From Patescibacteria group bacterium (GTDB lineage Bacteria; Patescibacteriota; Dojkabacteria; J137): DNA of 64,000 nucleotides. Made by a program: the position numbers and the translations under genes. The stretch is from positions 709,608 to 773,607 of the forward strand of contig CAUJCN010000002.1 in NCBI GenBank assembly GCA_963169855.1, written 5' to 3'. Shown here piece by piece: positions 1 to 9,828 of the stretch (position 1 is the first letter of the stretch; each line of letters starts with the position of its first letter). The notes beneath the pieces are model-generated. The model was not told the origin of the DNA, searched no databases, and saw nothing but the letters and a program-made list of their open reading frames with translations.

Positions 1-674
1 GTAACTTTAGCTTTTTGAAAGTATCTTGTTAGTGAAGCTCTAATATTTCTGATTTCCATTTTTTTGTTCTTCTTAGTACAAAAAACATATTTTTCTGGCT
101 GGTTTTCTGCAATATATGCTTTTAGAATATTGTAGATTTTATCCGTCATTGGAATGTCGCGGGGAGGGATAGAGTCTTGCTGAGAAATATGAATATTTGG
201 ATTCACTCTGTCAAACGTAATGTCGTCTACTTGAAGGTTTGCTAATTCAGAAATCCTAACTCCAGTTTGAACTAAAAGTTCAATCATTGTGTAGATCTTA
301 TCGTTATCCTTGCTAATCTCCCTAATTTTATTGATTTCGTTTACAGTTAGAGTTCTAGGTTTTGGCTGAATATATTTAGGATGAACAATCTTTCCAGAGA
401 AGTCTTCTTCGATGGCCTTTCTATCAAAAAGGAATTTTACGAAGGTTCTATAAGTATTGATCTTTCTTGCTACAGTCTTAATTGCACTATAGGATTTTTT
501 GATTTCCTTATAGATGTTGTTGTAATCTTCGAATCCAAGATCGCAAATTTCCTGATTTCCGCAAAGCGTGATTAACTGCTTAATATCAGCAATATATGCG
601 ATAACAGTTGACTTACTCTTCTTCTTTCTTTTAAGATAATCTTGAAACTGATTTAATGCCGTTTGGTTATTCAT
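1..674 (-). CDS. XerC/XerD-like tyrosine recombinase (runs off window start)
   Basis: Not in the ORF track. Manual translation from ATG at 674 gives MNNQTALNQFQDYLKRKKKSKSTVIAYIADI...TVARKINTYRTFVKFL...IELLVQTGVRISELANLQVDD, i.e. integrase SAM-like N-terminus plus box I TGxRxSE. Confidence 0.9.
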   Translation of the reverse strand, partial: MNNQTALNQFQDYLKRKKKSKSTVIAYIADIKQLITLCGNQEICDLGFEDYNNIYKEIKKSYSAIKTVARKINTYRTFVKFLFDRKAIEEDFSGKIVHPKYIQPKPRTLTVNEINKIREISKDNDKIYTMIELLVQTGVRISELANLQVDDITFDRVNPNIHISQQDSIPPRDIPMTDKIYNILKAYIAENQPEKYVFCTKKNKKMEIRNIRASLTRYFQKAKV

Positions 675-716
675 CTTATAGTATTTGAACGGGTTGATCT
701 TATCACAGTTAAAAAA

Positions 717-1094
717 ATGCGGTCAATAACAAAAGAACAAAATTCTCAATCTTTTTTTGCAACAGCTTTGCTGATCATACTTTCCATCGTTCTTTTTATT
801 AACACTTTAAGAGTAGTTGTTAACGGGAAAAATAATTACGACACTTATTTAGAAGAGAAAAAAGGTTTAGACAAGATTGCTGGAAGGAACGAGGAATTGA
901 GAGAAGAAAAAGAATACGTGACTAGTGAAGAATACAAGTTAATTCTTTTGAGAGATGCAGCAAGACTCGCAACTGGAGCAGAAACACTCTACCAGATAAA
1001 GAGTTCTCCGATCTATTTGGACGAAGAAATTACTTTGCTGGATATCAGCACAAAACAAAACTTCTTTGATTGGTGGTTGAAATTGATCCTATAA
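717..1094 (+). CDS. Septum formation initiator (FtsB/DivIC-like)
   Basis: One TM helix followed by a coiled coil (RNEELREEKEYV...EEY...RD). ATG at 717 preferred over TTG at 663. Confidence 0.65.
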   Translation: MRSITKEQNSQSFFATALLIILSIVLFINTLRVVVNGKNNYDTYLEEKKGLDKIAGRNEELREEKEYVTSEEYKLILLRDAARLATGAETLYQIKSSPIYLDEEITLLDISTKQNFFDWWLKLIL

Positions 1095-1193
1095 TTCTCA
1101 TTATTCTCTAAGGTTTTCCTTGTGCTTTCCTGTTCTTAATTGATATAATACAGAACCTACACTACACAAAAGTTTCGTATAGTGAAAGATTAC

Positions 1194-1267
<74 letters not shown>

Positions 1268-1268
<1 letters not shown>

Positions 1269-1298
1269 AAAGCCCCTACACGTTTGCAGGGGCTTTTT
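1268..1298 (+). terminator. Intrinsic terminator after tRNA-fMet
   Basis: AAAAGCCCCT-ACACGTTTGC-AGGGGCTTTTT; a diverged copy lies at 2123-2154. Confidence 0.8.
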
Positions 1299-1371
1299 TA
1301 ATTTTGTTTCTTCTGTGATATTCTAAATCATCTTCTTTTCTGATAACTTATAGTCAGATTAATTCAATGAA

Positions 1372-1935
1372 ATGACAATTGCGCTTATTATCACAACAAT
1401 AGCTTTGATTTTGGTTAGCTATTACTTCCAAACTCGTCTAATGGTAAATCATTATAGACAGTATAGTACAGTAAGTGATATGTACAATCTACCTGAGTAT
1501 AGAAGTAGCTTCAGGACTGGATTGATGTACACAGGGATGCTGCAGATCATTTGGATTTTACTAATCTCTTCTTTCCAGAATTACAATTTTACCATTGGTC
1601 ATACCATTTTTACCTGCGGAGCTTTTGGAGCAATTTTAATAGGGCTTTTTAGTAAGAAGGATAACTACGTAATACATATACTAGGAGGAAGTCTGTACTT
1701 CTTTTGTCTATCAATTGGTGCTGCCCTAATTGCAGTGCGAGATTTTAATCAAAGTAGTTTTATTGCTATTGCATCATTAATACACGTAATATTTTGGTTC
1801 TTAAGTATCCCAATATTTATAAGAAAAAAGAACGGAACCTTTGCTATCGAAACTATTCACTGTCTACTATCGTATAGTTGGATAGTATTTATCACAGGGC
1901 ACTATATTCTTTCTAACTTAAAATTCTCATTTTAG
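1372..1935 (+). CDS. Multi-pass membrane protein, DUF998/Frag1-like
   Basis: About 5-6 hydrophobic segments, TVSD near the N-terminus, IHILGG motif, terminal E. Confidence 0.55.
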   Translation: MTIALIITTIALILVSYYFQTRLMVNHYRQYSTVSDMYNLPEYRSSFRTGLMYTGMLQIIWILLISSFQNYNFTIGHTIFTCGAFGAILIGLFSKKDNYVIHILGGSLYFFCLSIGAALIAVRDFNQSSFIAIASLIHVIFWFLSIPIFIRKKNGTFAIETIHCLLSYSWIVFITGHYILSNLKFSF

Positions 1936-1937
1936 AT

Positions 1938-1964
1938 TTAGCAAAAACAGCACTCTTCTGCTAA
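1938..1964 (+). promoter_or_regulatory. CIRCE-like inverted repeat overlapping an extended -10
   Basis: TTAGCA-N15-TGCTAA has the spacing of the HrcA operator TTAGCACTC-N9-GAGTGCTAA; duplicate of 2223-2249. Confidence 0.45.
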
Positions 1965-2000
1965 AATTGATCATATTAACTTTTCATTAAAAGTTGTTAG

Positions 2001-2097
2001 ACCAAGGTAGCTCAGTTGGTTAGAGCACAGGATTCATAACCCTGAGGTCGGCAGTTCGATTCGCCTGCCTGCCGGTAGGCAGGGACCCCCGCAACCA
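2001..2097 (+). pseudogene. Chimeric pseudo-tRNA (CAT): 5' part like tRNA 2264-2337, 3' end of tRNA-fMet, 20-nt palindrome in T-stem
   Basis: Acceptor halves ACCAAGG and CCCCGCA do not pair; CCTGCCTGCCGGTAGGCAGG is inserted at 2064-2083. Confidence 0.85.
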
Positions 2098-2222
2098 AAA
2101 GAAATATTACCCAGTGATAATTAAGGAGCCTCTACACGTTTGCAGCGGCTCTTTAGTTATTTAAAGCAGAATTGCAAAATCAGCTAAAGAGCCCGATAGC
2201 ACGATCAAAAAGAGATTTTCAA

Positions 2223-2249
2223 TTAGCAAAAATACACTCAATCTGCTAA
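2223..2249 (+). promoter_or_regulatory. CIRCE-like inverted repeat / promoter upstream of tRNA(CAT)-ftsH
   Basis: TTAGCAAAA-N9-ATCTGCTAA followed by AAT, giving extended -10 TGcTAAAAT. Confidence 0.5.
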
Positions 2250-2263
2250 AATTTGAAAGCCAA

Positions 2264-2337
2264 ATCAGAGTAGCTCAGTCGGTTAGAGCACAGGATTCAT
2301 AACCCTGAGGTCGGCAGTTCGATTCTGCCCTCTGATA
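2264..2337 (+). tRNA. tRNA with CAT anticodon (elongator Met or Ile2)
   Basis: Acceptor ATCAGAG/CTCTGAT, T-arm GGCAG-TTCGATT-CTGCC; CCA not encoded. Confidence 0.9.
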
Positions 2338-2369
2338 TTAATTAAAACTTTTAAACCCTCATAAAATAT

Positions 2370-4745
2370 ATGGAAAACCATTCTCAAGAGAAACGAAAGG
2401 ATATCGACAAGGTACGGGCAGAAATGTCTAAGAAAGTCAGTGAAATGAAGAGAAAAAACAACAAATCACAGAGCGTTTTTTCTTTTGGTTTTAAATTAAA
2501 TCCATTGATTCTAATGGTAATTGTTATTCTTGGAATTTTCTTCATACTTCAGTTAATTAACAGAGGTCCAGCTATTCCAAAGATCGGAATTACAGATACT
2601 GTTAACGGAATAAAAGATAATCGATTCTCTCAGTTTATCGTTCAAAATGATGGTTCTGTTTCAGTTTATGGAAAACAATACTATGTAATCAATGAAAGCT
2701 CTTCTATTTTAGAATCTCTTAATGATTCAGGAGCTTACAAGTATTCAAATTCAGGTGAAAACGATTTACAAGAAGTTTCTATAGACGAATTGATTGCAGA
2801 GCTGAATAATAACGACTTAATTTCTCAAATCAAAAATGTATTTAGTAGAGGAGGAAGTGGTATTACTGAATTAGTAATTGGAGATAATTTCATCATCGGA
2901 TTAAGAGGAAAGTCCCAAGGAGATGTGATTGTAAGAGGATCAGGAGAAAAGGACTTGGAATCTAAACTTGAAGCTAGAAACTTATCTTTAGCAACATTAC
3001 CTCAGAAAGTAAGTAAACTAAAGTACTTAGCTAAGAGCGTAGAAAGTTCAGTATTCACTGATAATTTAAAAAATAGTACATTCGACAATGTAATTTATCT
3101 TAAAGAGAGTGGCTTAATCCTTGCAAAATTAGACGCCCAGGCGTTGTATAAGGCTAGTATCGACTGGACTCCAGTTATCTCATCATTTACAACACTTTTA
3201 CAGCAGGAAGATATTGATTTGGGATCTTCTGAATTCGAAATCATCACTCAGAATATTAGTGCAGGAATTGGATTAGATCAGATTCTAACAATTCTTACAT
3301 TAGTTGGGTTTGTAGTAATTGCATTCATGTTGTTCAGAGGAGTTCAAGGTGGGGGAGGAATGGGAATTGCTCAGTTTGGTCAAAGTAAAGCAAAACTATT
3401 CTTTGGATCTAAGATTGATACAACATTCAAAGATGTTGCAGGAATTGACGAAGCTAGAGACGAACTGAACGAAATTGTAGATTTCTTAAAGAATCCTGCA
3501 AAATTCAGAAAACTAGGAGCAAGAATTCCAAAGGGAATCTTAATGGTTGGAGCACCTGGAACTGGGAAAACATTGTTAGCAAGAGCAATCGCAGGAGAAG
3601 CTGGTGTTCCATTCTTCCATACATCAGGTTCAGAATTCGAAGAAATGTTAGTTGGAGCAGGAGCTTCTAGAGTTAGGGACTTGTTCACTAAAGCTAAGAA
3701 AGCAGCACCATCTTTGATTTTCATCGATGAAATTGACGCAGTAGCAAGAAAAAGAGGAACAAAAGTTAATACAGGAACTACAGAACAGACACTAAACCAG
3801 ATCCTAGTCGAGATGGATGGATTCGAGAAGAATTTAAACGTGATTGTTATTGCTGCTACAAACAGACCAGATGTTCTTGACCCAGCAATCCTAAGACCTG
3901 GAAGATTCGATAGACAAATAAGAATTGAACTTCCAGATATGGAAGGAAGAAAACAAATCCTAGAAGTTCACGGAAAGAATAAACCTTTCGAAGAATCTGT
4001 AAACTTAGAAAGAATAGCAAAAAGAACTGTAGGATTTACAGGAGCAGATTTAGAAAATATTCTTAACGAAGCAGCTATTATTGCAGCTAGAGAAGATAAA
4101 AAGAAAATCTCTGAACACGATATCGACGAAGCTATTTCTAAGGTTGTTCTAGGCCCAGCAAAGAAATCAAGAAAGAGAACAGATAATGAACTGAAATTAG
4201 TAGCTTACCACGAAGCAGGACATGCTGTTGTAGCTAAACTAATTCCAGAATCTACACCAGTTGATAGAATCTCAATTATTTCTAGAGGTTCATCCGGAGG
4301 AGTAACAATGTTCCTTCCAGAAACAGATGAATACATTGCTTCAAAACGAAAACTATTAGCAGAGATTGCTGTAGGTTTAGGAGGAAGAGCTGCAGAAGAA
4401 ATCGCATTAGATGATATTTCTACAGGAGCTTCTAACGATATCGAGAAAGCAACTGCGATGGCAAGAAGAATGGTTCAGAAGTTTGGGATGAGCGAAAAAC
4501 TAGGATTAATTCAGTATGGAGATTTCGAATCTAATGAATATCTAGGATATGCTTACAACACAACCAAAGACTATTCAGAAAAAACTGCGGAAGACATTGA
4601 CTCCGAAGTCAAAAGAATTGTAAATGAAGCTTACGAAAGAGCAAAGAAAGTTCTTACTGAGAATAGAGAAAAGTTGGATATTGTGGCAAAAGCACTGCTT
4701 GATAAAGAAGTGCTTGGTAAAGACGAATTCGACAAATTATTCTAA
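2370..4745 (+). CDS. ftsH: ATP-dependent zinc metalloprotease FtsH
   Basis: Walker A GAPGTGKT, FIDEID, SRH TNRPDVLDPAILRPGRFDR, HEAGH zinc motif, two TMs. Confidence 0.98.
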   Translation: MENHSQEKRKDIDKVRAEMSKKVSEMKRKNNKSQSVFSFGFKLNPLILMVIVILGIFFILQLINRGPAIPKIGITDTVNGIKDNRFSQFIVQNDGSVSVYGKQYYVINESSSILESLNDSGAYKYSNSGENDLQEVSIDELIAELNNNDLISQIKNVFSRGGSGITELVIGDNFIIGLRGKSQGDVIVRGSGEKDLESKLEARNLSLATLPQKVSKLKYLAKSVESSVFTDNLKNSTFDNVIYLKESGLILAKLDAQALYKASIDWTPVISSFTTLLQQEDIDLGSSEFEIITQNISAGIGLDQILTILTLVGFVVIAFMLFRGVQGGGGMGIAQFGQSKAKLFFGSKIDTTFKDVAGIDEARDELNEIVDFLKNPAKFRKLGARIPKGILMVGAPGTGKTLLARAIAGEAGVPFFHTSGSEFEEMLVGAGASRVRDLFTKAKKAAPSLIFIDEIDAVARKRGTKVNTGTTEQTLNQILVEMDGFEKNLNVIVIAATNRPDVLDPAILRPGRFDRQIRIELPDMEGRKQILEVHGKNKPFEESVNLERIAKRTVGFTGADLENILNEAAIIAAREDKKKISEHDIDEAISKVVLGPAKKSRKRTDNELKLVAYHEAGHAVVAKLIPESTPVDRISIISRGSSGGVTMFLPETDEYIASKRKLLAEIAVGLGGRAAEEIALDDISTGASNDIEKATAMARRMVQKFGMSEKLGLIQYGDFESNEYLGYAYNTTKDYSEKTAEDIDSEVKRIVNEAYERAKKVLTENREKLDIVAKALLDKEVLGKDEFDKLF

Positions 4746-4757
4746 GAACTTGAAGAT

Positions 4758-4797
4758 AAAAAAGACCCGTCCGCCATTGGCGGGGCGGGTCTTTTTT
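4758..4797. terminator. Bidirectional terminator capped by CCGCCATTGGCGG
   Basis: AAAAAAGACCCGT-CCGCCATTGGCGG-GGCGGGTCTTTTTT between convergent genes. Confidence 0.85.
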
Positions 4798-5081
4798 ATT
4801 GCTCGTTAGTAACCTTGGTAGCTTCTTTTGAGGCTCTTACTTCCTTAAAGATCTTTTCACCAAGTTCCTCTAGAAAGATGTAGTGGTGTTCTTGGGGAAC
4901 AGGTTCTCCTTTTTTTAAAGCTTTAATAACTGAAATCAATGCTTTCGCAAATTGTCCTCCTCAAAAGGCAAAGTTATCGCCATTTACTTTATCAAAATAG
5001 TTCTTTGGAAGAATAGAGCAGAGTTGTTTTTTTTAAGTCTTCGAACAGTGTTTCTGGTAATGTCTCAGGCAGATTGTTCAT
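4796..5081 (-). pseudogene. Degraded small ORF (frameshift in A8 run plus in-frame TGA)
   Basis: ATG overlaps the upstream stop (ATGA). Removing one A gives MNNLPETLPETLFEDLKKQLCSILPKNYFDKVNGDNFAF*GGQFAKALISVIKALKKGEPVPQEHHYIFLEELGEKIFKEVRASKEATKVTNEQ. Confidence 0.45.
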
Positions 5082-6562
5082 GGTTCTAATATAAAGTCAA
5101 TTAAACTATTTTTTAAATTGTAGTTTTTTCTAGTTTCAGGGAAGTTGTCTAATCCGTTAAGTTCTTCAATGTGATTAACGTAAGCACTAATAACCTGCTC
5201 AATAATGAAGCGTATAGTTATTAATTTAGCATCTCTGTCTGAAGTATTTGCGATTGAATAAATATTTAAAACAAATTGTGCCAAATCTTCCCATCGTTCT
5301 GGTATTTCTTCTTTCCCAGTAAGTACTTCTAGAATTAAGCTTATAAATTCCTTCCCAGCAGAATCAAATTCCAGAGAGTATATGTTCGCTTCTGGAGATT
5401 TTTGAGTTAAACCTAGCTTATTAAGTCTCTTTGTTAATGAATCAGGAATATTTCTATAAACTCTGTTTAAATATTCTGCCTGTGCTTTGTATGAATCTGA
5501 TTCTGTATCAACAGAAAATACATCGGATAAAGTTACTGGTTTGTTTTTTTCTTCTTCGATTGTTGCGCCCCAAATGTTAATTCTTTTGAATTGACTCTTT
5601 AATAAACCAATGTGCGTCAAAACAGATCCGTCCGCACGTTGAATTTCTCCGTTACTATCAGTCCACAAAGTTATTGCAACAAACTTTTCTATAATTAAGT
5701 CTATTAAAAATGCTCGAAGCTCAGCCCTTGTTTCTTCGTTCATGTGAGTCAGGTGATATCTTAGTGTATTAGTCAGAACGAAGTAAATTTCTCCAAAATT
5801 TTCCACTAACAAGTCTGAGCGATACTCAGGTAATCCATTTTTAAGCATTTCGTCAAAATGTTTAAGTAGTCTTTCTGCCTGTTCAATAAAGGTTTTAGGA
5901 CTTGTTATGTAGAAAGAATATTGTGAAACATCATCATGACTTGCCTTTTTGAAGTCTTCAATAAAAATATCAACTAATCGGATAGCATTCTTGAATAAAT
6001 CCTGAACTAAAGGATACTTTTGTTCGTAAGTTTCACTTTCGCTTAAAGATCTAGTGTTCCCAGTTAGATCCGCAGCAGGTGCTTCGGATAATACTCGAAG
6101 TTCACTAAAAGCTTCTCCTAAAGCTTCTAACGCAACATTTTTGAACTTCTGCAGAGACTCGATCTTAGGTGTCTCGGTAAATATTTTTCCATACATTTTT
6201 GCATAGCCTATTTCTCCGTATGTTAAGGCAGCGTACCCTAATATCTTTTCAGTTAATTTCTCCTTTTGCTCTTCACTCAATCTAAGCTGTTCGGCGGTAT
6301 TGGTAAAAAACTCTTGAAGGGGCGTCGGGTTTGCGGAGCTATTTTTGAGAGATCTTACTAAGTTCAAACAAAGTTTAGTTCCAATTCTAACGTATTCATC
6401 CTCGCGAACGCTAAGTCTTGATTCATATTGGGTAAGTTCTAGCACAAGTTTAATGTGTGCTTCAATCTCAACATAAAGTAACTTAGCTAAAGGATTCTTA
6501 AAAAGATTGTTGTCCGCAAGAAAAGAGTCTAAGGGAGAATCAGGAGTAGCAGGTACATCCAT
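5078..6562 (-). CDS. Hypothetical helical protein
   Basis: 494-aa ORF with upstream TATAAT; no recognised motif. Confidence 0.75.
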   Translation of the reverse strand: MDVPATPDSPLDSFLADNNLFKNPLAKLLYVEIEAHIKLVLELTQYESRLSVREDEYVRIGTKLCLNLVRSLKNSSANPTPLQEFFTNTAEQLRLSEEQKEKLTEKILGYAALTYGEIGYAKMYGKIFTETPKIESLQKFKNVALEALGEAFSELRVLSEAPAADLTGNTRSLSESETYEQKYPLVQDLFKNAIRLVDIFIEDFKKASHDDVSQYSFYITSPKTFIEQAERLLKHFDEMLKNGLPEYRSDLLVENFGEIYFVLTNTLRYHLTHMNEETRAELRAFLIDLIIEKFVAITLWTDSNGEIQRADGSVLTHIGLLKSQFKRINIWGATIEEEKNKPVTLSDVFSVDTESDSYKAQAEYLNRVYRNIPDSLTKRLNKLGLTQKSPEANIYSLEFDSAGKEFISLILEVLTGKEEIPERWEDLAQFVLNIYSIANTSDRDAKLITIRFIIEQVISAYVNHIEELNGLDNFPETRKNYNLKNSLIDFILEP

Positions 6563-6692
6563 GTTTTATGTAGTAAAGTTAATTTCCCCGATTATAGAAC
6601 TGTCATAATGATTAGACAATAGATTGGAATCGAAAAAGACTATAAGATTAAACTTGGTATCGTGTTAAACTTACTTAGTTAAATTTCTCTCA

Positions 6693-9230
6693 GTGAACAA
6701 CAAATTATTAATCATAGACTGTTTCGCATTAATATATAGAGCTTACTATGCATTTCCACCTTCACTTACAAATACAAAGGGGGAGCCAGTAAACGCGGTC
6801 TTTGGATTTTCATCGCTATTATTAGACGTGATTCTAAAGTTCAACCCAACTCATGTGTTAGCTGTAATGGACTCAGCTGGGGCAACTGCGAGACAAACAG
6901 ATTATTCTTTCTATAAATCGAATAGAGACGAAGCTGACAACCTGATGGTTGTCCAAATTCCACGCATCGCGGAGGTGCTTGAATCGATGGGTATTCAAAT
7001 ACTCAAGGCAGATGGGATAGAGGCGGATGATATTATAGGAACTGTTAGCAAGGCTTTGTCCTCGGAGTGGTCAGATATTATCGTTGTAACTGGAGATCAA
7101 GACCTGTTTCAACTCATAGACGGGAAAACAAAGATATATCTAGCATCTCGAAAGTTCTCAGAGTCAAAAATCTTTGAACGTGAAGAAGTAAAAGAGAAAC
7201 TTGGAATCTACCCAGAGAATGTTCCTGACTATAAATCCATAGCAGGCGATGCTTCTGACAACATTCCTGGAGTAAAAGGCATCGGTCCAAAGGGAGCAGT
7301 TGATTTGATTACAAAATTTGGAACTCTAGAAGAAATCTATAAAAGAATAGAGGAGGTAGATAAGAAATATAAGGAAAAGCTGATTGAAAATATTGAAATC
7401 GCTCAGACCTCAAAGCATTTAGCCACAATTAATACGTCTATTCCAATAATATTTGATATTAATAAGTCAAAGTTTGTAGGAGTTAATTTAAGCAAAACAA
7501 AAGATATCTTCAATGATCTTGAGTTTAAAAGCTTGGTTGTCAAGCTAGATAAGGTATCTAAAGCTTTTGGGGAGCACAACACAGTAGATCTGTTTTCTGC
7601 AGAAACTATAGAAATGTCTTTTGATCCATCAACGCTTTCAACAAATTTAACAGAATTAAATGATTCTCAAGAAATCTTCATTTTTAAGAAAGGAGAAGGA
7701 GACTTTATTCTTTCGGGAGACCAAGAAACTCTGTATGCAGCCAATAAAGACGAGACTCTTAAGGTTGTAAAAGATAAAAAAGTAATAGGATTTCATCTAA
7801 AAGATATTAAGGAAATCCTTGCTGTATCAGGATCCCACATGGATTTAATGATTTCAGGAGTTGTGATTGGAGGAGGAAAAGTAACTCCTACTATTAATAG
7901 TGTATTAAGATTCTTTAACGCCGAGCCTTCAGAAAATCCTGCAAAAATAGTGCAGGAAATGAAAAAAGTCTATGTAGCGTTGAAGACTGACTATGCAGAA
8001 AGTAGAGTTGTAAAGCTGGAAAACGATATTCTTCCAGTAGTTATTCAGATGGAGGAAAACGGAATATATATAGATAAAGTCTCATTAGTTAAGGGATTAG
8101 AATCTCTTCAAAAAGACAGAATAGACGTACAAGATCGAATATTTGCAGCGGCAGGTCACGAGCTGAATATCAATTCCCCTAAGCAAATCGGAGAGTTACT
8201 GTTCGTAGAAAGAAAGCTATCTGGAGCAAGAAAGACAAAAACAGGTGCCTATAGTACAGACGAAAGAACATTGATGGATCTATACGACCAGGATCCAATT
8301 ATTGGAATGATTTTAGAATATAGAGAACTGGATAAGATGATTAGTACTTATCTTTCACCTTTGCCAACTTACGTAGATTCAGACAATAGAATTCACGGAA
8401 CTTTCGATCAAATAGGAGCAGTTAGTGGAAGATTCTCTTCTAAGAATCCAAATATTCAAAATATTCCAAAGGGAGAATTCTATGGAGTTAACGTCAGGGA
8501 TGCATTCATAGCTTCAGAAGGAAACACATTACTTTCGTTCGACTATTCACAGCAAGAATTAAGAATTTTAGCTGCTTTGGCTGAAGAAGAAACAATGTTG
8601 GAATACTACAATACAAATAGAGACGTTCATATTTTGACTGCTTCTCAGCTGTTTGAAGTCGAAGAAAAAGACGTAACCAAGGAGCAAAGAAATGTAGGCA
8701 AGACAGTCAATTTCAGTATTATATATGGTATATCAGCATTCGGACTTTCGGACAGACTCAAAATCCCAAGAGATACGGCTAGCCAGTTTATAAATAAATT
8801 CTATGAAACTTATCCGAAAATTAAGACTTTTATGGACAAGGTTCTGGGCGAGGCAAGAACTTCTGGTTACACCGAGACCGTTTTGGGAAGAAGAAGGTAT
8901 AACGAGATGATTAAATCAAATAATAGAAACTTAAAGGCAGCAGCTGAAAGAGAATTGTTTAACTTTATAATTCAAGGTAGCGCAGCTGACATTATGAAGA
9001 TGGTTTTGACCCAAATAGACAGTGCAGTTAATTCGGAAAACAAACTTATTGCACAGATCCACGATGAATATCTTTTTGAAAGTAAAAATAGTTCGGACAA
9101 TATTGAAGTCTTTGTCCGAAAGGTTTATTATGTAATGAAGGAAGTATTAGACCTCGGAGTCGAATTCAAGGTGGAGGTAAATATAGGAGACCGATGGGGC
9201 AGCTTAACTAAATACGATATTAATGAATAG
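6693..9230 (+). CDS. polA: DNA polymerase I
   Basis: 5'-3' exonuclease (EADDIIGT, GDASDNIPGVKGIG) plus PolA motifs DYSQQELR and QIHDE; short, degenerate 3'-5' exo region. Confidence 0.97.
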   Translation: MNNKLLIIDCFALIYRAYYAFPPSLTNTKGEPVNAVFGFSSLLLDVILKFNPTHVLAVMDSAGATARQTDYSFYKSNRDEADNLMVVQIPRIAEVLESMGIQILKADGIEADDIIGTVSKALSSEWSDIIVVTGDQDLFQLIDGKTKIYLASRKFSESKIFEREEVKEKLGIYPENVPDYKSIAGDASDNIPGVKGIGPKGAVDLITKFGTLEEIYKRIEEVDKKYKEKLIENIEIAQTSKHLATINTSIPIIFDINKSKFVGVNLSKTKDIFNDLEFKSLVVKLDKVSKAFGEHNTVDLFSAETIEMSFDPSTLSTNLTELNDSQEIFIFKKGEGDFILSGDQETLYAANKDETLKVVKDKKVIGFHLKDIKEILAVSGSHMDLMISGVVIGGGKVTPTINSVLRFFNAEPSENPAKIVQEMKKVYVALKTDYAESRVVKLENDILPVVIQMEENGIYIDKVSLVKGLESLQKDRIDVQDRIFAAAGHELNINSPKQIGELLFVERKLSGARKTKTGAYSTDERTLMDLYDQDPIIGMILEYRELDKMISTYLSPLPTYVDSDNRIHGTFDQIGAVSGRFSSKNPNIQNIPKGEFYGVNVRDAFIASEGNTLLSFDYSQQELRILAALAEEETMLEYYNTNRDVHILTASQLFEVEEKDVTKEQRNVGKTVNFSIIYGISAFGLSDRLKIPRDTASQFINKFYETYPKIKTFMDKVLGEARTSGYTETVLGRRRYNEMIKSNNRNLKAAAERELFNFIIQGSAADIMKMVLTQIDSAVNSENKLIAQIHDEYLFESKNSSDNIEVFVRKVYYVMKEVLDLGVEFKVEVNIGDRWGSLTKYDINE

Positions 9231-9233
9231 TCT

Positions 9234-9719
9234 ATGAAATTCATCTATAAATGGTTAGCAATTTTAGGGTTCGGTTTGTCCGCGTATTTGTATCTGAAGA
9301 ATAATAAAAACGTAAGCAAGGATTTAAAAAATCTAGGTAATAAAGCGAACTCTTTATATTCAAAATTTTCTGATACTTTAGAAAAAGGAAAGGAAGAGAT
9401 TCTGGAAGAAGTTCGAGAATTCGAAAAAGAAATCAAAAAAGATAAAAATTTTCAAAAAGCTCAGTCAGCTGTAAAAGAAATAGTAAAGAAAGTTAAGCCA
9501 GCAAATAAAAAGACAACGCCATTGTCAACTGGAGTTAATAGAATAGATAAAATTCAGAAATTGTTGTCAGACAAATCAGAAATTGCGATTCCAGATATTA
9601 GAAAACACTTCGCTGGTGTTAGTGAAAGAACACTAAGGAGAGACATGGATAAATTAGAGAAGATGGGCGTTGTAAAGCAAGTTGGAAAAACAAAGAACTC
9701 ATACTACGAAATTCTTTAA
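9234..9719 (+). CDS. Membrane-anchored protein with C-terminal DeoR-type winged HTH
   Basis: N-terminal TM, coiled region, GVSERTLRRDMDKLEKMGVV. Confidence 0.75.
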   Translation: MKFIYKWLAILGFGLSAYLYLKNNKNVSKDLKNLGNKANSLYSKFSDTLEKGKEEILEEVREFEKEIKKDKNFQKAQSAVKEIVKKVKPANKKTTPLSTGVNRIDKIQKLLSDKSEIAIPDIRKHFAGVSERTLRRDMDKLEKMGVVKQVGKTKNSYYEIL

Positions 9720-9828
9720 ATCTACAATTTATCAAGATTAGTACTGCTAATAAGCAGTCTTCAAAATATCTCTTGCAAAACAATTTTTTTTCCTGCACAA
9801 TATAGTTGCACTTATTAACTATTCTTAC

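Noticed and set aside
381-575. 64-aa plus-strand ORF
   Set aside because: Antisense shadow of the minus-strand tyrosine recombinase.
4961-4963. In-frame TGA as evidence for genetic code 25 (UGA=Gly)
   Set aside because: Conserved genes are full length under code 11, and dprA and ruvA end in TGA overlapping the next ATG.
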